This document shows positions 35,334 through 42,432 of a stretch of 42,432 nucleotides of DNA, piece after piece (the stretch's first letter is position 1; each line of letters opens with the position of its first letter). Source of the stretch: Calcarisporiella thermophila CBS 279.70 (Eukaryota; Fungi; Calcarisporiellomycota); NCBI RefSeq assembly GCF_041956535.1, contig NW_027192235.1, positions 25,975 through 68,406 on the forward strand. Direction: 5' to 3'. The notes under the pieces are model-generated. The model worked only from the letters and a program-made list of their open reading frames with translations, made no database searches and was not told the origin of the DNA. The position numbers and the translations under genes are program-made.

Positions 35334-36218
35334 ATGCTCCCCAAGACAGATACCGCCTATGTGCCTGCAGCAACTTTCGACCTCCAAGATATTCCTTCAT
35401 TCATGGGAGCAACGCAGAATAACGCGGATGAATGGCTCGAGCAGCTGGAATTCACTGCAAGAGTACAAAACTGGTCAGACCGGTTAAGGACCCGCGCCCT
35501 TGCTCAAAAATTGTCGCATGATGCCAAGGATTGGTTCAACGACCTTCCGAATGAGACAATAGCAAGTTGGGTAGAGTTGAAGAGTGCGTTTGAAAAGCAA
35601 TACGTACGAAATGGGCATATATGCGCTTATTTCCAGAAGCTCATCAACTTGAAACAGCGGGATGGAGAGCATGTAGCGGTTGTATGCGCTCAACTGGTGC
35701 GGCTACTGCGTAAAGAGAGAGTTATCATCAAGGAGGAAGACCAGATTGCTATACTGAGATTAGCAGTCAGAAAGTCACTAGCGCAGCATATAACCTGGGG
35801 TAACCTGGCTACCCTGGCTGACGCAATAGAAGAGGTACACCAGGCCGAGGATTTGTATCGTACCTTCGAGGAGACTACTAGATCAATAATGAAGCGAGCT
35901 TCCACGTCTGAGACGAACCCCAAGCAGCCGTTGAACGAAAGTCACTTTAAAAGAAAAGGACGTTTTCGTCGCCAAGGTAAAAATTGCAAAAGGGACAAGA
36001 ACGAGAAGTCAGAGAAGGAACCCAAATCTGCGGAGGAACCGAAAAGATGCTATATATGCGGCGATCCGAATCACCTGCTGCGGGGCTGCCCAAAGAAATT
36101 TGTCACGATTTCTGCAGTAAGTATGACATCCGCACCGAGGACGTTAACTGTAACCGTTTTTGAGACTGTTAGACTTTCGAATTCTTATCCTTATAGAATA
36201 GAATTCAATTCAAGGTAG
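35334..36218 (+). mobile_element. Ty3/Gypsy gag (capsid plus CCHC nucleocapsid); pol absent
   Basis: IPSFMG...ADEWLEQLE...NWSD...AKDWF...SWVELKSAFEKQY...LKQRDGEHV capsid pattern and zinc knuckle CYICGDPNHLLRGC. Retroelement sequence appears to end near 36148. Confidence 0.9.
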
Positions 36219-36507
36219 AATAGAATTCAGAAAGAGGTGAGGGAAAATAAACAAAAGGGAGTGAGTTTAAATAGAATTTTGGGAGTATCTAAGTGAAGCA
36301 TTAATACACCAATGATAAATTTGTGATCAATAAGTAGGTTAGGTGTAAATGTTTTGTGTACTGGAGTCGATTCTGAAGGAATATTTGGGTTGAATATAAA
36401 AATAATTAGTTGTCATGAAACTTCTGGAACGCGCTTTTATCAATCTTGAACCTCTTGAATTGGAGTATTTGGAACTCCGAACTCTCCAGAACTCGAGAAA
36501 TCTTACA
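36149..36507. mobile_element. LTR-like segment (359 bp) truncating the Gypsy element
   Basis: TGTAA...TTACA termini, begins where gag/protease-like coding character stops, unrelated to the 146-bp LTR. No TSD found (ttaac vs atttt). Confidence 0.45.
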
Positions 36508-36656
36508 ATTTTGTTTCTACAAAATCATGTTTTTCTGTAATAATACTTTCCAAGTTTACTCTCCTTAAACATACACTTTTATTTCAAATCTAAATATATT
36601 TAATACTGCTAATGTATATAATGATTAATTGTGAACAAGTTAATATATTTAGATAC

Positions 36657-37835
36657 TTAGAATGAGCTACACTCTGGATTTTGAGTTTTGAAAAATACAC
36701 TATGGGGTTTGATTCGATTGACGCCGTAGCTCTCAGTGCCATCATCAGCTCGAAAGAATTTGTTGGTGTGTACCCAAGTGCATTTCTCAGGAGTGTCTTC
36801 ACAGCGGAATATTTGCCTCTCATTTATAAAACTTGATGATATTGGATCCTGGCTATTTACAAATCTCACGTGTTTTCCGTTGGTTATTTCCTCTATACGC
36901 TGTGCAAATTGTGCGTTTCCTGCGGCAGGTTGGCCAAAAGTGGGTATTTCTAGCGATATACTATTTATCCGTGGATCGAAACTAATTCTATAGGCCGCTA
37001 TTTGTGCTGCAGCTCCACCCAGGCTGTGTCCAGTAAGTATAATTCTAGTCGGTTTACCACGTTGAACTAAATTCGTTAAATTTTGGGTCATATCCACGTA
37101 TATTCTGTCCACATAGTCGTAGAATCCTTTCGCTATTCGAACACCATTGACCTTAGAAAAATAATGTCCCAGACGCACGTCGTCTAGAACATCTTGCAGA
37201 TCATCGGTGCCCGCAAACGAAATTATTATACTGTCTTTAGCTTTGGCCATAAACGCTTTTGAATTTGCTTTGACATAGGGTCTAAAGAATCCTCCTGAAG
37301 TATTCAACTGCTCGAATAATTTAGGCATTTGTGCGTCCACGCAGTATGATAAAATTGCAAAACATCTTAGTTTTTCTCCGTAATTTTGGTCGATGTTGAA
37401 GCTCGGAATATTGAAGCTGCCATCAGCATTTAATAAATTTTTACAGTTCGGTTCTGGGAACGTACTACCACCAATTACTCTGCCTCGACCCTGTCGCGTA
37501 TCGTTTAAGCCTAGTTCTGTTTCTATTTCTGGAATTTCTTCCGGAGCGACTATTGGGCCTGTTATTTCCGTTAAGGTAGGCTCCTGTTCAGTTGATTTTA
37601 TCGCATTCTCACTATTTCAAATAAATATTTGTAAAATTTCTATCCATACTAGCTTCAGCAATTGAGGTAAAAGAGGATCCTACTTTGTTTGACTGATATT
37701 AATCTTGGTAGTATTGAGCTGTGGTTGATTTAATTTAGGAGACCCTTTACTCGAAATATTTCTGGATGCATTGGAAAGAAGTTGCTGTGCGTATGCGAAT
37801 GGAAGTATCAAAAATAAGGCAAGGATAAAACGCAT
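36657..37835 (-). CDS. Secreted class 3 lipase with long N-terminal pro-region (2 exons)
   Basis: Signal MRFILALFLILPFAYA, one GT-AG intron at about 37612-37683, IIISFAGT, IAKGFY, LTGHSLGGAAA, TFGQP, RFVNSQDPI, C-terminal PHSVF; TATATA about 75 bp upstream. Confidence 0.92.
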
Positions 37836-39042
37836 TTTCAATACCGCGTAACAAATATTTTGGAAAGGGCGGGAAGTTTAAAATGTATCCCTAGCTGCAT
37901 GGCCCATATATATACAAACCATCACTAAAATAGTGTAATTTTGATTGGTTTATTTGTAATAAGTACGCTATTCCTTTACCCGTTGAACATATTTCTCTAC
38001 CTTGAACCACCGAGGGATATCTAAATGCGCCACATATAATATAGCCCCTTTTTTGTGATATACCTTCAAAAACCTAACCAATTGGCAGTACTGTGCAGCA
38101 CCGTAGAAATTTCCACTTGACCACCCAGCGGTGGCTCTTATCCGAAATTTTTAACCATTTAGGCACTTGGACATCCACCAAAGATCCTACTTTTTCCCTC
38201 TTGAATTCCTTAGGGGTAATTCATTTAATTAGTGCTTCATTTCATCTTCCTTTAGTGGTGCTCTTTATTATATAATCATTCTTGTATTCTAATCTAGTGT
38301 AACCAATGGCCCTTTTAGAGATAAAAAATTCTACTGTCTTTATCCTTCTATCTGTCAAGTCTAACAATTGGAACTGACGCGTATCTTACAAGGTCGAATG
38401 CCCTTATTGAATTTCATTTAATGAATTTTTTAAGTGATTAATAAATTGTAACTTAGACAGACTAAGTTTTAATTAATATCATTTGATTACGAAATAGTAT
38501 GTTATAGTTGGTGTTATGTGTGATAATTTGTGAAGTGATATCACTCCACACAACCTTGAGTGTCTTGGTTTGTATTATATTTATATATTTTACCCATTTG
38601 ATAACAGTTAAAAAGAACAAGCCTTATATTGATACAGTTTCATTGAATAATAAGTAATAAGAGTATTACTTTGACTTCTGGGTCTCTATGGTAAAAAAGC
38701 TATAATAATAAAGAAAAATAAAAGCAAGGGTCAGAGGAACAAATAACTACTGATTATTAAATGAAGAAGAACTCAAACTTACAGATTTTGTAAAACGATT
38801 ATAGTATAAATCAAAACAAACTGACTATTAAAAACAAATATGCAATGCCTAGGTTTAAGAGAATAAACTCGCCTTGGAAATTGTTAAAGAAATTTTTATT
38901 TTTCACTTTATCCCTTTCATGTCATCAGAGCAAACTAAATGAGGTTGGTTACAGGTAACAAACACAACTGTGTAGGTTGCACTTGACTATCTATATGGAC
39001 TTGTAAAATAGCTTTTATATCGTAGGTTATATTATAAACATG

Positions 39043-39420
39043 AAATTTTAAGTATCAAATTCCCAATGATGGACGGTATAATAAGAGGAAAATTTATGAT
39101 GACGTTTCACTATGAAATCAAGAAGAGTAATAAGCCACCCTCTCTGCAGAGAATTTTGAAAAAAAAAATTTTTCTTACGTTGCCAATTTTATTGGAATAG
39201 TAAAGGGGGTGTTCACGCTGCCGCAATTTTTGATCATAAATAAGCAAAATAGCGCATTGTGATTGGCTAATGATTATTAGTAGCTAGTTAAAATGCAGAA
39301 TTTTGCTTAATTTTAAACATAATAATCCGAATAAGCTCTTCTTGATTACATAGTGAAACGTCATCATGAATTTTCCTCTTAATATACCGTCTATTATTGG
39401 GAATTTGATACTTAATATTT
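39043..39420. mobile_element. MITE-like element: 85-bp inverted repeats around a 208-bp spacer
   Basis: 39043-39127 and the reverse complement of 39336-39420 align without gaps at about 6 mismatches; non-coding spacer; no TSD identified. Confidence 0.7.
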
Positions 39421-39519
39421 CCTAAGTAATTATATATGAATCCATGTAGTAGATTATTTAAAGCAAGGGTAGGGCTATCATCACTGTGTATCGCCAATTG
39501 GTGCTGTTAGAATGGAGGT

Positions 39520-40300
39520 AGTTATGGAAGTTAATAGTCAAAATATACCATCTCGAACTCAAAAAGCTAGCCGTCTAGCCAGACCGGCAACTATTTCACG
39601 CCGGATCAAGACCATTTTTGGGTTATCGACTTCCATGGCGAGAGCCCATGATGCACGAGTTTCCAGACACTCGTTCGGATTGGGCAATCTATGAATGGAT
39701 TAAGCAAATTTTCCAGGGTAAACGTAAAGTGTACTGATTGCTTTTCTATTTACAAATGGAGAATGTAGATAATATAATATAGTCCTTGGCACTTACTCTA
39801 GGGTCATATAAATCAGAAAAGTTGAAGGAGAGTTGCACCAAGCCAAAAGTGTATGATTGTAATGACGAGAATTTGCCCTCAATGGAGTTAGTTAAAAGAA
39901 AGGTAGACACGATGCCAGCGAATCTATTCAGTAGAGTAGAACCAAAAGGTGATTTAGAGGAAAAAGGATAATTTTTTGTCTGTAAACTCTACTTAACATA
40001 CCGTACTAAGTTCAATGTTTCTCCAATTAACTCCTTAATTTAATTATATTAGATACATGTAAGAAAGGATATTCTTTACGTCCTAGGACGGCACAAAATG
40101 GGTTAGCGGAAACCAATTCAACGAATACAAGTGAAAACGATGATGTGTCAAATGGACCTGCTATACTGACAGAAGCAATTGGCAATAAAAGAAGCGCGGA
40201 AGAGAGCGATATCGAAGAAATTATGGGTAGCGACGAGGAAAGTGTCGAGCGAATTATATGGGGATACAAGAGAATAAAAAGTATCCTGTAATATTTAATG
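39520..40300 (+). pseudogene. Decayed coding remnant, probably transposon-derived
   Basis: Patches with coding-like composition separated by intron-like AT stretches, with in-frame stops; acidic tract EESDIEEIMGSDEESVERII. No family recognised. Confidence 0.3.
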
Positions 40301-40514
40301 ATAAAATTAAAAAAAATTCTAATTAATAATTCAACAAGCAATAAAATTTATAATTTAGCCATCATTAATTAAAGCATTTTATATTGGAGTTACAATTTTC
40401 TTCCAAATAAGTAGTTTTGCGATATAGGGAAGTTTTCATTTTCACTGTCTATTTTAAGCATTTTATCATTACATCGATCCAAGCATTTTCCAAACGTGGA
40501 CTTCTTACAGGGAT

Positions 40515-40824
40515 GCTTAAATTGAGTCAACCAAAAAAATTACGATAAACAGTTATGTAACAAACCAACTAATTAGGATGAAAACTGAGTTTTTTGCTAG
40601 ATACTTGGAGTTTCAAGGTAGTCTGAGATAGTTATATCACGATTTGATTCATCCGGAGTGCCAAGACATATAATGAAGCTGGGATAATGGATTAAGATTC
40701 ATGATGGTGACTCATGTTAAGCTTAAATCGGGCCAACCAATTAAAGTAACGACAAATGGTCTGGTAACAAACCAACGAATTAGGATGGAAACTGAGTCTT
40801 TTGCAAGATACTCAGAGTTTCGAG
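40515..40824. repeat. Imperfect ~105-bp direct repeat (about 40515-40617 and 40721-40824)
   Basis: Core gtaacaaaccaac(t/g)aattaggatg(a/g)aaactgagt(t/c)ttttgc(t/a)agatact..gagtttc at 40557 and 40764; period about 207 bp. Confidence 0.88.
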
Positions 40825-40945
40825 ATTATATCAATCTGCTAGTAATTTGATGGATCCCATTTTGTGGAAATAATTATAAAAGGAGGCGTTCTTACCTCTT
40901 CTCTTCCCTCATCCAAAAATTTTTCTATTACCATCTTTCAGCAAA

Positions 40946-41203
40946 ATGAAGTTATTTTTTGTCGCTCTGCTTATGCTTGTTGCAGTAACACAAGCATGTG
41001 AAACATTATGCTGGTATACCTCTGGTGAGGGATACGGATATTGTGATTACGCATGTAAAGGAGGACACAACTTCGCATATAACTTCGCATCCGCACTCAG
41101 GCGCAATGGTTACAAGGGTTGCTCTGTTGTAGGAAGTGCAGAGACCGATGTTCACTGTAATAACATGTCGGGGTGCAAAAGCCACACCTGGAAATCGTGC
41201 TGA
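40946..41203 (+). CDS. Small secreted Cys-rich protein (85 aa, 8 Cys)
   Basis: AAAATG start context, signal MKLFFVALLMLVAVTQA, mature peptide begins and ends with Cys, TATAAA near 40875. Confidence 0.88.
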   Translation: MKLFFVALLMLVAVTQACETLCWYTSGEGYGYCDYACKGGHNFAYNFASALRRNGYKGCSVVGSAETDVHCNNMSGCKSHTWKSC

Positions 41204-41967
41204 GCAATTCACCTAAATGAGGACGAATACATAGACATTGAATGTATCTGGAATGGCAAATGAGTTAATTCTTTATTTATCTGAAGAGTCTAATAAATCC
41301 CTTTAGCTTTATGCAAAGTCTTAAAAGCACTTTTACAATAACGAAGATTTATTTTGAGTTTTTAAACATAAAATAATTAATTATAGCGAGAATCCGGGTG
41401 TTAACTAGGGCCTCACAAGGACATAAGAAAATATATGGATTATTAATTACTATACTATTTCACGATCCTTTAACGAAACCCTGGCTATAGCTCGGATTTT
41501 TTTCTTGGAATTCATTGTTTATGTATAATTACTAGTGGCAAAATATACTGTACAACTACTGTATGTTAAAGAAATTTTAGGTATTATGGTTCACTTAACA
41601 CCTATTTGAATACCAATACCTAATGCGTTAGGCTGAAACTGCTGATAAAGAGTTGCCAAAGGAAAAAAATCCGCGTTATTTTAAAGTGATTTTTGATGAC
41701 TTAACAATGTAAGTTTTTTATAACCAATTTAACGGATTTCCAAATCTGGAGGAATAGTTAAAAATCCGATGATCGATCAGCTTTCGATGTGAGAGATGAT
41801 TATTATAGAGGAGTCCAAAAGTAGAAATATTTTTGTAACAAGTACAGACTGCTATATGATTCTTGTATCACAGTTTCTAACGACCACTGTAGTTATGTAT
41901 GCATCATAAGGAATTTCATACTGTGTGCCAAGCGGTACGCCAAAAGTGGACGTCAAAGTGTAATGGG

Positions 41968-42369
41968 TCAGGGAGTCACTGTCACTATCTCAACTTCAGC
42001 TGGTAATAAACCGCACAACTCACAACTATAATCCTCTAATGGAACTCCGAGAGTAGAGGTTTTTGTGAGAGTTGCTGTGCTCAAGCTTTCAGTGAAGATA
42101 ATTGTATTGTTGATAATCATCACTCTTGGAGCTGGCGGAACGCAATCGCATGGAGTCCTTAGTGACGTGCTAATGGTAGATGTTAAAGTAAATATTTTTC
42201 CTAGAAGCTGGGGCTTTGTGGGCGTTGGTGTGAAGGGACTAGCATTATTCTCAGCACATCTTTTTGAGATTTCATTCTGCTTAAGTATTGATGAGCTTTG
42301 CAGAGAAAAAGCTTGACATAGGCAACCAACAAAATAAATAGGGATTATGGATGCTTTAAAGCCTTTCAT
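41968..42369 (-). CDS. Putative small secreted Thr/Pro-rich protein (133 aa)
   Basis: Signal-like N-terminus (..IYFVGCLCQA), a KR site, Thr-rich segments, CDC and CELC motifs. No family recognised. Confidence 0.5.
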   Translation of the reverse strand: MKGFKASIIPIYFVGCLCQAFSLQSSSILKQNEISKRCAENNASPFTPTPTKPQLLGKIFTLTSTISTSLRTPCDCVPPAPRVMIINNTIIFTESLSTATLTKTSTLGVPLEDYSCELCGLLPAEVEIVTVTP

Positions 42370-42432
42370 TCTAGTATGATTTAAGGAAGAGAAAACTATT
42401 GTGTAAATACAAAAAAAAAAATAGCGATTATT

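Overview
Eukaryotic, AT-rich, intron-containing fungal DNA. Short ~50-125 bp GT-AG introns plus FluG, GT15 and secreted trypsin genes suggest an early-diverging fungus (inference). The window has three zones. (1) 1-4.2 kb: two intronless tRNA genes (Asn-GTT, Leu-CAA) embedded in a nest of decayed Tc1/mariner and L1/Tx1-like LINE fragments. (2) 4.2-22 kb: a gene-dense block with TIM21, RNase H2A, OLA1/YchF, FluG/NodGS, an MFS sugar porter, a trypsin homolog whose catalytic Ser is replaced by His, a divergent KRE2/GT15 and ARB1/ABCF2. (3) 22-42.4 kb: a gene-sparse, repeat-rich accessory zone. It holds an intronless bacterial-looking alpha/beta hydrolase with a Cys nucleophile, four to five unrelated small secreted proteins, a secreted class 3 lipase, LTR/gag remnants, a MITE-like inverted repeat and an orphan 597-codon reading frame. 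That frame is broken by one TAG, has terpene-synthase-like motifs and RNA-virus-segment-like flanks, and lies head-to-head with a Ty3/Gypsy LTR. All calls come from manual reading; no database searches were run.
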